Positions 25,901 through 39,485 of a stretch of DNA of 64,000 bases are shown piece by piece (within the stretch, counting starts at the first letter, position 1; each line of letters opens with the position of its first letter). The notes beneath the pieces were generated by a model. The model had not been told where the DNA came from, did no database searches, and saw only the letters and a list, made by a program, of their open reading frames with translations. Origin of the DNA: Neodothiora populina (taxonomy: Eukaryota). The translations under genes and the position numbers were made by a program. The stretch spans positions 1 to 64,000 of the forward strand of contig NW_027191413.1 of the NCBI RefSeq assembly GCF_041146345.1, given 5' to 3'.

Positions 25901-28331
25901 TTATTTCTTAGTTGCAGTAGCCACAGCCTTGATGATCTTCTGTGCACCTGCTAACTTCTCACGCTGAACCCTGCAGGACTCTCGCTCGCGTCTGATGGTA
26001 GCAGGCTCTATGGCCATTTTCTCAACTTCGTCATCTGTAAGACAACTCACTATTTTGGGAGAAAAGATATTCTCGAGGCCAAGCAATATATGTTCCTCGA
26101 TGACCAATGTGAGAATGATGTCCACGAAGACTTCTAGTTTCACCTGTAGAAGCTCGCGTCAGCGTATACCCCGAGACAAAGTCAACATCCAGCAATGGTT
26201 ATAATACCTCATAGATAGCGTTCATGTAGTCTAGAGCCTGCTGGCTGCTAGCAGACTGCATACTGTGCTCGGCTATTTTGGTTTTCGCGTGATCGGTATC
26301 GACTTCCTTGACCATGTTCCATTTGTTCCCGTCATACAGGTTTCGTTCCGTAGTGGCATTCTCTATGGCATCCTGTAGTGATGTCTCTTTGCGTATGTTC
26401 TGCCGGCGATCAACTATCTTAGCATAGACTGTGTTATGATTCATTGGATGGTCCTGGTAGCTGCGCATAATCTTGCCAAGGAGGGCTAATGCCTCGTCTT
26501 GTCGTTTCTGTAGGGCAGGCTCGAGGTATTGATCCTTGATATTCTCAGCCACGTCCTCAGGACATTCTTGGGTCAACAGGTCAAAGATCAAGTCTTGGCA
26601 GGCATTGGCAACCTCCAATATGTGGTCCTCGGCGATGGATCTCCAGCGCCGGCTTTGGAACTGCGATTATTGGGTCAGTATGGCAGTCAAAAGCATGTCA
26701 GGATTGAAAGTCCCACCCAGAATAGCTCACTGATCACGAGAGGGTTGTAATTGCCTTGTAACTCCTTGCTACGGCTACGTGAGATAATTTTGTGGGCCCA
26801 GATCACTGCGAGCGAGTAGGATATAGCAATGGGCTCATCTGATACCTCTTGTATCACTTGCAGCTCTTGGTCCGACACGAAAGTGACGGCACTTGCTCCG
26901 ACTTCTACGTCATTTTCTTCGATGCCTAAAGTGTGCCCGCTCGTGCGCATGTGCAAGGCAAAGTCTTCGTTCATCTGCTGAATCAGAGCACGCAGTCGAC
27001 GGATTGCCCACCGGGAATTGCGCTCGAATCCAAGCACCTCTCTGGTCTTGAAGAAGTCATGCTCGTAATGACCATTCAAGGCACATCGACAGATCTCCTG
27101 TATCTTCATACTCACGTCGAATAGGTAAGAGCGACACTCGATAACACTAGCGCGACTTGGACCCAAGATCTCGTTTCGCTGCTTGACCGCGGCCAGCATG
27201 CTTTCAACCTCTGAGCGAATACTCGGCAGTTCTTTCCTGATGTGGTCGAACAGTATGGAACTCAGTCTATTGCTGAGAGTGCCGATGCCGAGAATATCAG
27301 CTGGTAGTCTCTGGAAGTTGGATTGACGGAAAAACTCTGCCTCTAGCTTGTTGCGACGAGCAAAAGAGGCCTCACGTTCTCTATGATCTCGATTTTTCAA
27401 AACATGCCAGCCAAGCTTAAAACTGTATTTTTTGATCTCATTGTTTGCAAGTGCAATGAATGCGTTCTCACTGCCGGACCCAGCCGGCAGTGTGTCAGGC
27501 TTGGTAATGATGCCGAGTGAGCGATCGCCAGCAGGGTCTGCATCTTTGACGAAAGTAAGGATTCTCTGATTATCAGCATCGTTAGTGGCGGTAATGACAG
27601 GAAGACAAATTGTTCTGCTCTGTTCCAAATATTGCATAGTTAGTCTATCCAGCATTTCCTTTTCACCACGTCGGTTCTCATTCTGAATCAAACCCGGCAA
27701 GTCCACAACTGTTAATTGGGGCCTGCTCGGTCCCTGTATTTCAATACGAAGGACGTCTCTTGCAAATGTTGAAGAATCTTCGTTGCTGTCCTCACCATTG
27801 CTCCCAATCCCCATACACAGTTTGCTATCATCGATGATAGTGCCGAGTTCAGCAGTGAGCTGTGAGAAATCCGATATCTTTCGGCTGAAAGTTTTGATAC
27901 GTTGCTGCTCAATGGATGGACGTTGAGGATCAGGCAAGATCCTTACACTGATCTTCTCCGAAGTAGCACGACGCAGTATAATTTCTGTTGCGAAAAGCGT
28001 GCATGTGTTGTCCGCTCGCGGAAAATCGATTTCAGTCAATGCTTCGAGGACACTGCTTTTGCCTATCGGTCTCGTCAGTATATATCGTCAAAATGGCTCG
28101 CAACTTGAGGAACGCATATATCATACCAGCCGATTGATCACCACAAACGACAATTTGAGGGAGAGACATGTCGTGGTCTAAACCGCATTTACGAAGTTCA
28201 TCTACCATGTCCAGGACTTTTCGTCGCTGAGATGACTGCAACATTTCGAGCCGAGAGGTATCGTCTCCATTCCAACTACCCGTCGCTAAGAGCAAAGGGC
28301 GAAGCGACATTGTAATCGTCTCTTCATGCAT
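25901..28331 (-). CDS. Dynamin-family (Mx-like) GTPase with C-terminal GED
   Basis: LPQIVVCGDQSAG|KSSVLEAL (G1), CT, VVDLPGLI (G3), IITKPD (G4), LGWHVLKNR and a GED-like C terminus. Three introns restore the frame. Confidence 0.88.
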
Positions 28332-30553
28332 GATTGAATGTCTCGATGATGATTAGAGATTGAGAGCATGAGACGACTCGACCTTCTTATATTTGACTTC
28401 AGAAATCAGTCGTGAGGTCTCGTGGTTTGCTACCAATCCCAGAGACACGAGGGGTACGCATTTGAAACGATCCGAGTACGCGACAAGTAGCTTAGCGCCT
28501 TGTTGCGGCTCGTCATACGACCTCTCGAGAGAACAAATCCTATCTATCTGGTGTCGGTAGCCTTTGGCGAGTTCACAGCCGCCGCGACTTAGCGATACAC
28601 TACTATATTCATCTACTCGAAGCAATCGAAAGTCAGTGTGTGATGTCATCAGAACAGCATTATGTGGGAGAGCTCATGCATGTATTAGTCTATCATAGAT
28701 CCTTCGAACGGATGTTAGAGTATAGATCATGTGCAGAGAGGCTAGTGTTAGGACTAAGCGCCGACACTTGGATGAACGAGCTTTCTTTTCAATGACCCAA
28801 GAAAAGCTCCGCAATAGCTGGTACAGCAAAGTCTTGCCTTGCCAAGCCATTCATGGTGTGCCAGCGAGGCAATGTTAATGTATATGAGGGGACGCCACCG
28901 ATAAGAATTGTGAGAAGGTAACACAGTTTGTGGGACAAGATGGACATCCATAGCCGCCCGGAGAAACAATCGGACGAATATGACTAGGGTTGGTAGCCGA
29001 GTAGTGCATCTTGCCGCTCAAGAGCTGTGCAAGACATCCTGTACTGAGGTTTTATGGAAGCTAAAGAAATGTTTTATGACCTATCAAAAGAATTAATTTG
29101 GGTTTCTTACACATATTTCAGCCAGGTAGTACTCTAGATTACCCGGCGCGTAGTCTACACCTGAGTGTTTCGAGACTAGACCACGCCCTCGGATACTCTC
29201 GGCTATTATTGGATTCGTGGTAGAGTTGAGGTGAGTGTACAAGCTGTCTACGGTGGATAGACATGGCACATTACTTAGCGCTCAATCGGTCCTAATACAA
29301 GGGATTGACTCAGGCTACTGTACTTCTCTGTTCAAGCAGATATTATGCAGCCGCAATGCCATAGGCAGAGACAATGTAGTGCACTGTACCACGAACGAAC
29401 GGATCATAGTCTAAAGAGCGACTTTATTTAGCAGATCACAGGGTCGATAAGGATCTTGACACGTAGGTCGCTTAAATTTGTGGAGAAATGCGGCTTTGAT
29501 TCCACCGGAGTAACAGTAAAATGTGGGTAGTTTTGTGTTATCCTACCTTGAGCGAATGACATTATTTAGAGCCTGTCAAGCAGGAGTCTTTGATCTCCGC
29601 AGTCTGCATTAGTTGCTCGTTATAGTACCATCGAGACACCAGCTGAACGTGCAGAGGCATGCGATCGATCTTCCGCAAGTTTTCGTGAGCTTAACCACCG
29701 GCCCGCCGGTTTTGTCCACCTCACCTCGGTTCAACCTATCACAACTTTCTCCCTCCAGGTTTAAACCTGCAGATGGGTTTTGTATTGGTAGCTATGAGAC
29801 CATCGGACCATGATTCAAGATATTCGAGAATGCACTAGACTTTCCTAAGATGTTCTAAAATCTAATTAGAGGGCGCCTCCCCGATTTAGCTCTTAGGATG
29901 GCTACCGACACATCCGAACCCTATATGTAACGAAGGAAACTACCACCCATGCAGCATTAAGCTTCCCACGTGGCATACGCTATGTTGCTCGGCAGGCATC
30001 CAGACCGTGTCCTGCTGTGTCCTTCCGGAAGAAATCGTTTTCAGTGCCAAGGGTGAAGCCCTGAAAATGTTTCTGCCAAGCTTCTACAATATCGCACCTT
30101 AACGGTATTCCAATCAAGCCAGCCATTTGACCAATGCCTCCACATCGGCAAGCTACATGCTTTCTTGCCTGATCGAAGCATTCAAGTATTCTCGAAGCAT
30201 GACAGAGTTCGTCTGGGCTCTTCACCAAGTACAGGCCGTTTCTTCTGCAATCTCATAATCAGAAGCTATGAGTATATGTCCATATGGTGGCTTACAGCTG
30301 AACTCTGTCCCACCGAGCGATCTGTATCGTATCTTGATACTAGATCGTTGTAGCCATCTTTAATTGTTCGACTCCCTGTATATAAGCAGGGATATATCGC
30401 ACGCATGTTGCGTATATCATTCAAAAGCCGTTTTACCTCACTTGTTCTATCAGTCCAACCGCAATCATCACACTGCGAGAGTCATAGATCTTCTCAAACT
30501 TCCACTCCATTCATCATCAAATTCATCCAACTCTACTATACAATACAAGCGCA

Positions 30554-31114
30554 ATGCGTCTTACTCCTGTCCTGGTCGCGTTGCTCGCAAGCTTTACACA
30601 AGCGGCGCCTGCCACTGTGAAGGCTGCAGTAGCTACAGATGTCAATGCCGCGTGTGCTGTCCAACCCAGTGGCGTTGCGATGACGCCCAAGACGGACACT
30701 GCCGCAGCCTTTACGGCGTACTCTGGCTTCAGGAAAGCTGCTGTCACAGCCTCTTATCCATCTGGCTATCTCATCTCATTCTCCGGAAACACAAAAGCCG
30801 TGTCGTTTGCGAACTATATGACTTACTTCACCCTCACCTCATACAATCCACAAACCTGTGCTGATTACTGTTCAAACACCTATGGCTGCACTTCGTTCAA
30901 CATCTTTTTCGAGCGATCTCCTTCGCTCAATCCTGCTGCAGCTTGCCCAAACCCTCCTTCAATCTCGACTGTGAAGTGCTCGCTCTTCTCAAGCAGAGTT
31001 TCGGAGCAAGTAGCGACCAACGCTGGACAATGGCGAGGACCATTTTCTGGAGCAAATGTTGCCCAGAACTTTCAGGTTGTGATTGCAGGATCGAACGGTT
31101 ATAACAAGGTGTGA
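30554..31114 (+). CDS. Small secreted Cys-rich PAN/Apple-like protein (paralog 2, single domain)
   Basis: 186 aa with signal peptide and CADYCSNTYGCTSFNIFFERSP..CPNP..KCSLF..ATNAGQWR..FQVVIAGSNGY. Confidence 0.85.
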   Translation: MRLTPVLVALLASFTQAAPATVKAAVATDVNAACAVQPSGVAMTPKTDTAAAFTAYSGFRKAAVTASYPSGYLISFSGNTKAVSFANYMTYFTLTSYNPQTCADYCSNTYGCTSFNIFFERSPSLNPAAACPNPPSISTVKCSLFSSRVSEQVATNAGQWRGPFSGANVAQNFQVVIAGSNGYNKV

Positions 31115-32240
31115 TCGTGGGAACATGGTACTGTCAAAACATAGCTGGGCGTTGTGGAGCGTTTTCTTCTTATTCCATCTCATAGAACATCAATATAGAG
31201 ACTTACAATGCAACTTATGTTGATCATTCTGTAATCATTATTATTCTTCTCTTGCAATGATCATCAGTCAATTTCGAACAGAAAACCCTAATGCGATTGT
31301 TTGAGAAAATGTCAGTCATCGTTCAGTGTTTGATACGAATGCCGTCCCGTAGAAGTCGCAGTAGTTTGTAACAGCCGCAGTGCTTAGAGTTCGAGGTACT
31401 CACTCTTGTTCGGTGGTCTGTTCTAGCTTTACTCGACCTGCTCGAGGTCGTCCCCCCGTGCTGTTGTTGTTCGGTACTAAGATCATGGTAAATCGTTGCA
31501 TTTCTGCCTTATTTAGCGTGTATACTACGAAAGCCTGGCCAATCGAATTTGAGACACGATTAATTTTATCCTCACCACCACCGTACGGGGACACCTGATC
31601 GTCAACAGGAACTTAAGGAAGAGTCGTCGATCGAAGGCACAGTTCTGAGCATACAACGTGGATGTCTCATCGCCACATGACATCGTTCACGCCGTTGCCA
31701 TTGTTTCAGCGAACGGCGCTTTATTGGTAGCCTGAAAGGCAGGGCATCCCGCGACCGTTGCATCACTGTTATCGCACAAGCCTTGGTGTATATCCTAGAA
31801 AGGTCAAGGGCTGAGCGAGTCATATTGCAGTCGATCCTCGAAATGTCATGTTAAATCACATAAACCGCGATTCCCATCCCAATCAGCTATGCACATGAAA
31901 GATGGGTCAGAAAATTATGACCCTGGGTTTGTGATTGCTCTAGCAGATAAAGAAAGCGATCAGCACCCGGCTTCGAGCTAGCCGAGCACGCGAAAGCTTA
32001 AACGGTCACCCGCTCATTCACGTTGCAGAAAGTGAGACTGTCGATCTGTATGCGGTAGGTACTAAAGTCTGGCCAGCAACGCGTTCTCAGTCTGGCCCTT
32101 GGATATCTAGGTCCGGCAAATGTTGGGTCGGGTCCGTAGCGAATGCGCAATTGGCGTGACCACACACTATCTAAACACAGGCATATATAGATCATCGTGC
32201 TGCACTACATGTGGATCCACCAATAGTCCAATACCCAAAA

Positions 32241-34689
32241 ATGCGTGTCCTTGAAGTGTCCCTCGCCCTCCTTACGGGCTACTCCCTGGTCGATGCTCAA
32301 GGAATAGATTTTGGCAAAATATATTCAGCCAAACCAAGCCTTAAAAGCGCGACGCCAATCAAGTCGAGCAAGCCCACAATAAATGGCGCCTCGGTCGTAT
32401 CGTCCATTGTATCGGTGCTCAATTCCCAGCATGCTCAGACCATGAGTAGTGCTCAGTCAGTTACGTCGAAAAAGAGTTCGTCTTCGACTTTGACGACAAT
32501 GACCACATCAACAAAGAAGAGTGCAAGCACATCTCTATCTACTGCTTCCAGTAAGGCAACGACAGGATCTTCTAGCAAGACGACATCAACTTCAACGACG
32601 AAAATCAATGCCTCATGGGCCATAGTCAGCAAAGCAACAGCTAGCGACTTAATGAAAGCCTCGTCAAAGTCAAACTCAATCACTTCGTCAAAACACAAGC
32701 GCAATGATGGTGAGAGTGGGGTCGAGAAGAGAGCTGCCACTTCAACGTCTGCTGCTCCAACCTCTGGCTGTACGCAGCTCTCCGACTTTCTACTGAATTA
32801 TACACCCAATCCCAATACTCCTGAAGGATTCGGTCTGGATAATATCCTGGGGAACATTGCTGCCGGGCAATGGTATCCACCACCAGGGTACAGCACGAGC
32901 TTCACAGGTGCCTTCGCCGCAAACTCGGCTCCTGTTCAATATGTGGGCTATCGTCAACTGTCCTCCTATGACCCGAGTGCCTGTGCTGCCCTTTGCGATG
33001 CAGCTAATGGCTGTAGCGCATTCAACATATATTATGAGCGTGATCCAGTCTATGTTCCGAATGATCAATGCACAAAGCCTACTGCTGCTGTTTCAGTTAC
33101 TTGCGCACTGTGGGGTGGTAACATCGACCAGTCGAGCGCCACCAATATCGGACAATACAGAAAAGATTTCATGGTCATTATACAAGGGGTAAGCAACAAC
33201 TTCCAGCTCAGTAGATCTTGTGCTATTACTGACAGGGAAAAGTCCAATGGATATGTGAAGAACAGCCCTCCATCTTCCGTCGCTAATTATACTGGCCCAA
33301 CTGCGCTTTATGGAGCAGTCAACTCGAAGGCTGGATTCTTGAATGCGAGTTTCTATCCCACTTACAGTACAAGTGCATGTTCTAGCGCATGTGCAGATCA
33401 AACTGCGAAGAATAGAGCGGCTGCTATCGCTTCCAACAGTATCACTTATTCTCGTACGAGATTTCTCCTGACGACAAGGTACAATCGCTGACTATTCAAT
33501 TCTAGCATGCAATTACTTCAACACTTTCAACATCAGCGCAAATGGCGTCTTCCAAGGCATGTACTGCCAGCTCTACACTACTTCCACTGTGGCAGGGTCT
33601 GCCACGGTCATATCCTCGACCCAATCCAATGGTTTAGTCTACAATGTCAGTTACTCCTATGGATATGCTTTGTATCCTCAGGACAGTGGCAGCATCAGTA
33701 CTGGCTGGAAACCAGCGCCCACCGGATCAGCTGCTACATGCTCTTCGCTTGGACCGGTCAACTCCACTCTTTTGGACTACAACAGCTATAATTACACGCT
33801 TGCCTGTGGTTACGATGTGCTCTACTCGAATGACATCGGCAACTCCTCAAACACAGATTTTTATTCTTGCATGAATTTGTGCGATAACTTCCCCGGATGT
33901 TCCGGATACGCATATTCTTATAACACCTGTTGGTTCAAGAATTTGACTGGGACAAAGCAAAAGCCGTCTGGGAGCCCAGGTGTTGACATGGCATGGCAAG
34001 GCGAGAAATATGCTGGCTTTCTCGCAAACCAAACCAAAAGCTCAACAAGTAGCTCTACTAGCATGGCCCCCAGTACCATGTTGATAACATCAACGACTAG
34101 CTCCACTAGTATGGTACCCACTACTACGTCAACAACATCAACGACGAGCTCCACTAGCGTGGCACCCACCACTACTTCTACAACATCAACGACTTCGAAG
34201 ACTTCGTCCTCAACCTCGTCGTCTGCGAGTGTTAATCCGACAACCGCCCCTTTCTACATCCAATTGACCGGTACATCCAACACAATTGTGCAGGGCCAAT
34301 ATCTGGGCATGAGATCAACTACTTCTGGCTCTGCTAAATACGACCTTGGTGTCTTCGTCTCATCCAAAAGCGCAGCTACCAGATTCGTCATCAATACAGA
34401 CACTGGGATTCTTTCCGAATACACCAACAATGTGGGCTGGCAGTCGATCTTTAACACAAAATCTTCTTCCGAGCAAAAGACGATCTGGGCTTCCCAGGCA
34501 GTTTTATCGGGGTCGCCCAGCTACAAGAATCTGAATTGTGCTTACGACAAGAGCCGAAACTGGATTGCGTGTCAACATAATAAAGTTTACCAACTGGCTT
34601 TGACCTGCAACAACGACGGTTACATGTACTGGGACGACGTTAGTGGTGACTGCCAGTATATGGTACTTACCCCAATCTTTACGACATGA
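32241..34689 (+). CDS. Large secreted Ser/Thr-rich protein with PAN/Apple-like domains (paralog 3)
   Basis: Signal peptide, S/T tracts, KR sites, CAALCDAANGCSAFNIYYERDP..ATNIGQYRKDFMVIIQG|SNGY, and an extra CMNLCDNFPGCSGYAY..CWFK module. Introns ~33189-33242 and ~33454-33505. Confidence 0.85.
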
Positions 34690-35694
34690 TAGTCCTTCAA
34701 TCTGCGACCACTTGACAGAGCACAAATTTTCCCAGCTTGAATGTATACTGACGTGAGGTGTTGTCTTGTTATTTTCGGGCACTGGATGTTGGGATGGGAG
34801 GGGGCTCTAATATATTAGTCCAAATTAATTATTTCCACAAAATCAACCAAATTTTAACATATAATTCCGAAGAAGTTCACTGCTCTAGATTCCCAAGCCC
34901 CGTTGATCGATCAAAGCAACCTGAATATCAACCGTATGTACTCCGAATACCTTGGGCTGGTATAGCACTAAAACGTCAAGTTCTCGATGGTGGCGGGTAA
35001 TCGATCGTATCGATAATTTGACTAACCATGGATGATCTGTCCGCCATTTAGACTCTATGACCCCACGGAGAATATTGTACTTGTATTTCTTCAAAAACCG
35101 GGCTTCAAGAGCATTGGCATACGTGTAATGTGACATGGTCTCGTGCCCAGTATTGGTGGTTAGTAAAATAGCTGTGCTCCACAGGAACGCAATCTTTGCT
35201 ATCATCGATGACACCTTCTTGCCTTGACCACCGTAATCATAGTGTCGTTGCCGTATGGAAGGGTAACCTACTAGCCGGTATACATAAAGATATGACCATC
35301 AGTGATCCCAAAACATGTACCTTCTTGTGGCTGCAACACGCATGGGTAGGTAAGCTACAGTATCTTCGAACCTCGTGCCTGTTTCTATGTGAGCGGATCC
35401 ATGTGAATGAACCTGTGGCACAGTACATCTCAATGTTCCATCATGAAATCCTCGACATCTTTTACCGACAATTAGAGACTACTGGTGGAGACAGCTTGAA
35501 TGATCGAAGGACATACATGGGTGTGATACGATCTATCACTGCAAATTGCAATGAATGGCTATTTGGAAATCAAGAGGAATAGTTCAATTCTTCAGAGGGT
35601 ATGATAACCAAGAGATCTCTACATAGCCCGGTCCACAGGTATTGCTCTATATCTGAAGCAAATTGAGATTATGTCGGCGAATACCATTGATGTG

Positions 35695-37267
35695 CTACGT
35701 CGGGCACAACGCGTCAACATTGCTGACGGGAGCGTCCTGCACAGCAATCCCATCGGCAGCGAAAGTCTCAACATTGCCAGAAGAGTAATCCATCCACCCC
35801 ATTTCTTCTAGACCGTGATCTGGGTCTTTAGCGAACGCAAGCCATCTGTCCTGCATCGCTTTACTCGTGGCAGCTTCTAATGACGTTGCCGGGCCTCTGT
35901 AATCTCCTTCTGTGCCGAAAATAAGGGGAAGTTCGGAGCAATGATACGCGCCGAGCCATGGCAATGGAGATATATTGGCAAAGTTTCCGTGATATCGATA
36001 ACGATAAGTCTTTCGCGAGACAGCTTGTCTGACCTGCGAGCTCTGGCGCTGAGGACAGATGAAGGTGACAGCATTGAGTTTTTCAACAAGCGTGAGATTC
36101 AGACTTGAAGTGAGAGGATCTGCGGGGAATGGCACCAAGCTTGTCGTTTCATTCAGTGTCGAGCCATATATTGCAGGACGAGACGAGAGCTGATTAGCAA
36201 AAGCGCGAGCTGTATAATTGCTGAACACTATGACCTCGTCGGGGACAGGAATGAAGCTGTATGGGGAGCTCCCATTGGCTTTGACAACGTCGGTAAGCGC
36301 GGTCGTGTTGATACGGCGCATGCAGTCGAGTGTGGCAGTCGCGTTTTCCGGATAGCTACAATCAAAGATCCTAGCGACGGATGAGAAATTTGTTTGTGTT
36401 AGATCGGGCGAGTAGCCAGGCAGGAATTCACTGCCTGAATCGGAAATGAACCCATTCACGATGGGATCGTTCGGATAGGCATAGTTTTGGATCTGGACAG
36501 AGTTGCCACCAGCGCTTTGACCCCATAGGACCATATGCTGCGGATCACCGCCGAATGACTTGATATTGTGTTGGACCCACTCGATTGCGAGACGTTGATC
36601 CATGAGGCCGAGGTTGTTGTGCTCAAGACCTGCAGCATTGGGGAACCCTAAGATGTTGAGACGATACTGTATGGAAACAACGATGTGCGACTGCGTTCTC
36701 TGCACCCACTTCGCAGGGATCTGATATGGTACAGAGGCACTGCCGAAGTTGAATCCGCCTCCATGGATCCATATGAAGACTGGCAGTGACGTGTTTTTAG
36801 GGTTTGCAGGTGCCCATACACTCAAGCTCAGACAATCCTCGCTCATTGGCCCATCCACAAGGAACTCGGGAATTTCCGTCGAGTAAATGTCACGGAGTGC
36901 ATAATTTTGAGGACATGACGGGCCGAATTGACTTGCATTGATCGTTCTGTTAGTGCTGTTCAAAGCTATAGCGGGCAACCATCTGAGGGGCCCAACTGGT
37001 GGTTCAGCATAGGGTATTCCTAAGAAGGCCCGCACACGAGGTGTTATGCCATTGATGGCTCCAAATACTGTATCAGAGCGTTAGATAAAATCTTACGCGG
37101 CAAAAAGCATTCACATCTTGCCGAGTCTGGGGAGTATCATTACCAACACCGCTGCTTGTTTGAATCTCGAGATCATTGGTGGGACATCTTGGCTGAGCCG
37201 TAGGTTTGGCAACAGAGACAGTAGAGAACCCAACCGCCAGCAAGAACAGGGTCTGTAGGTCACGCAT
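35695..37267 (-). CDS. Secreted type-B carboxylesterase
   Basis: Signal-peptide exon, one intron, then FLGIPYAEPP, SEDCLSLSVW, WIHGGGF, GQSAG and GAYHCSEL. Confidence 0.9.
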
Positions 37268-38278
37268 CGCGAGAATTTGTTTGTGCAAGGAGGTTTGCGC
37301 GTCTCGAGGTCATCATGGCCATGACGGCATCCGCGCTGGGTTTATATACACATCTGTTCCTCGATCCTTGAAGTTTCGGAAGCTGTTCCACTACGTCGCT
37401 GAAGATCGCGCTTGCACTCCGACTGGACAAAGCATGTAGTAGGTGTTCTCAAGTAAACTACCCCAGCCTGCCCCCGCATGACTACGTCCAGACTCGCTTA
37501 AGCCAGCTAGTGCGGTGTTTCAACCCCGCTTTGTTCCGCATTTCAACCCGCACCGCACAGACTCTGCGTGTTTTTCATGATGAAGTGGAGATGGTGCATC
37601 TTCCGAATTACATCAGGATAGTATGCACGGTAGATTGTTTCGAACAGGCTGCGAGATCGAGTGCTACGATATGTCCGACATTGATCGCCTCCTTTGCATG
37701 ATCTCAGGTCCATCCGCACCGTCGGAACGAGTCCCGTATCATTCCCCATGCGCAAATGCAATATGGTCGAATTTTCTTCGTGAATTAGGGGGACTGCATC
37801 GCCGTCCTTTTGGGCATGATCATGGTCTCATCATCGCAGGACTATATGATGGCAACGTCGCCAGGCTTCATGAGTCTATCTGGCTGTCGCAATCATATGA
37901 ATGACAACACAAGATCCGGACGGTTCGCTATTCTTTCCGAGCAGCGGAAGGCCCCCCGATCATCGCCCCGATTATCGGGGCACCTTAAGTGCGGGGTTAC
38001 CTACCTTAGGTAAGGTTAGCATCTTCTATACCTGCACGCTGTGCACATGAGAAATGTTAGGACCATTACTTGAGGTGCCGTGAAATAAACACTCCATCCG
38101 AGATCGTCAGCCAACGATGGGTGATGTAGGTATGGTTGGCATTATCGAGATCGCGCTTCGCCAGAATCAAATGAGACCTAGGCAAAAGTCACATCGGCCA
38201 AAGAAGCGTTCAACTCGATTATGATCGCTATGGAAGCACTTCTCGACTCGTCTGAATTTGGTGGTATGAAGCCATGGT

Positions 38279-39485
38279 TTATAAGGGTTCACCGGGGGGC
38301 CCAGTAGGTTGCTCTCCGAACGACACAGGCTGGCCGAAGATCGGGAAGCCGTTCTCGTCAAAGCTGGTCTTTTGAGCCATCGTATAATGTTGGCCATCGC
38401 AAGCTCCTTCTGGGATACTCGTCGCATGGTAGACATTCCACCATTCTGTGCCATCAGGTGAGAGAAAGTTGCTGCGATAAATCAGTCAAAGTGCGTAATT
38501 GTAAAGCTGTAGTTGTCACCGACCAGTTGTGTCCCGGACCGTAGTTACCGTTGGCTGTAGTGAAAACAGGATCTGGAAACTTGTACCAGCTGTTTACATC
38601 GAGCGGGTTACCACCATGGTATTCAAGAAGCCCTAATTTGTACCCATCGGTCCAGCAATACCTTGCAGAATACGTAAGGAAAGTACGACCGTTGTTGTAG
38701 AGAGGCTCTGGACCTTCATTTACTGGGGTGCCTTGGGTTTCCCACTCTAAAGTTGGTGCAGATATGATGCCAACAGGGCCGAGAGTCAGTGGATCGAGCA
38801 TCTGTGCAATGCAAAGATGCTGCGTATCCGTGGAATCTGCAGTAGAGACGATGCACGAAAACACTTGGTAGTCAATGTCGTTTATGTTTATGAGGGTACC
38901 ATCGATATACCATACCCCATCAGGCGACACTTGACCTTTGTATTCATAAGGGTCCCAAGGGGATGCTCCTCCTGAAATTATGTTAGGGATATCTCTTATC
39001 ATGCTGGGAGGTCGTCAACTCATACCTTGCAGAGCATGGAGTCCTTGGTTACCAGCTTCTCCTTGGAATGAATTCGATGTACTGAAATACATGTACCAGC
39101 TATTGACCTCTTAGCATACATGACCGGGCATAGATAGAGAGAACAATTCCTACGTACGTTCCGTTGATTTTGTGGATTTCAGGAGCCCATGTGTTGTAGG
39201 CAGTGGCTGATTCGGGCGTTACCCAGACTGTCTTGCGTTCTCCGGTTGCCAGTCCTCCTAGGGTGGTTGCTCTTGTGACTTGCAGATCGGCTCATGTCGT
39301 GGACTGGAAATAATAGTATCCTGTGGTCAAATTAGCCTAGTAGACAGACGAAAACGTTCAGACATACCATCATCGTAAACGATGAATGGGTCGGCCCCAT
39401 TGTCCTGCCGGAGGGGATTGGTGTACGATGCAGCAGATGCCACAGACGCAAAAGCTAGAGTAGAGATGATGTTGGATGATTTCAT
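38279..39485 (-). pseudogene. Secreted GH43 alpha-L-arabinofuranosidase/xylosidase with premature TGA
   Basis: Signal peptide, NPL..GADPF, WAPEIH, WYIDGT, VNEGP and GPGHN. An in-frame TGA at 39292-39294 falls in QSTT*ADLQVTRATTL. Confidence 0.75.

Noticed and set aside
28400..30400. Long gene-free interval
   Set aside because: No credible ORF, RNA gene or repeat recognised by eye.
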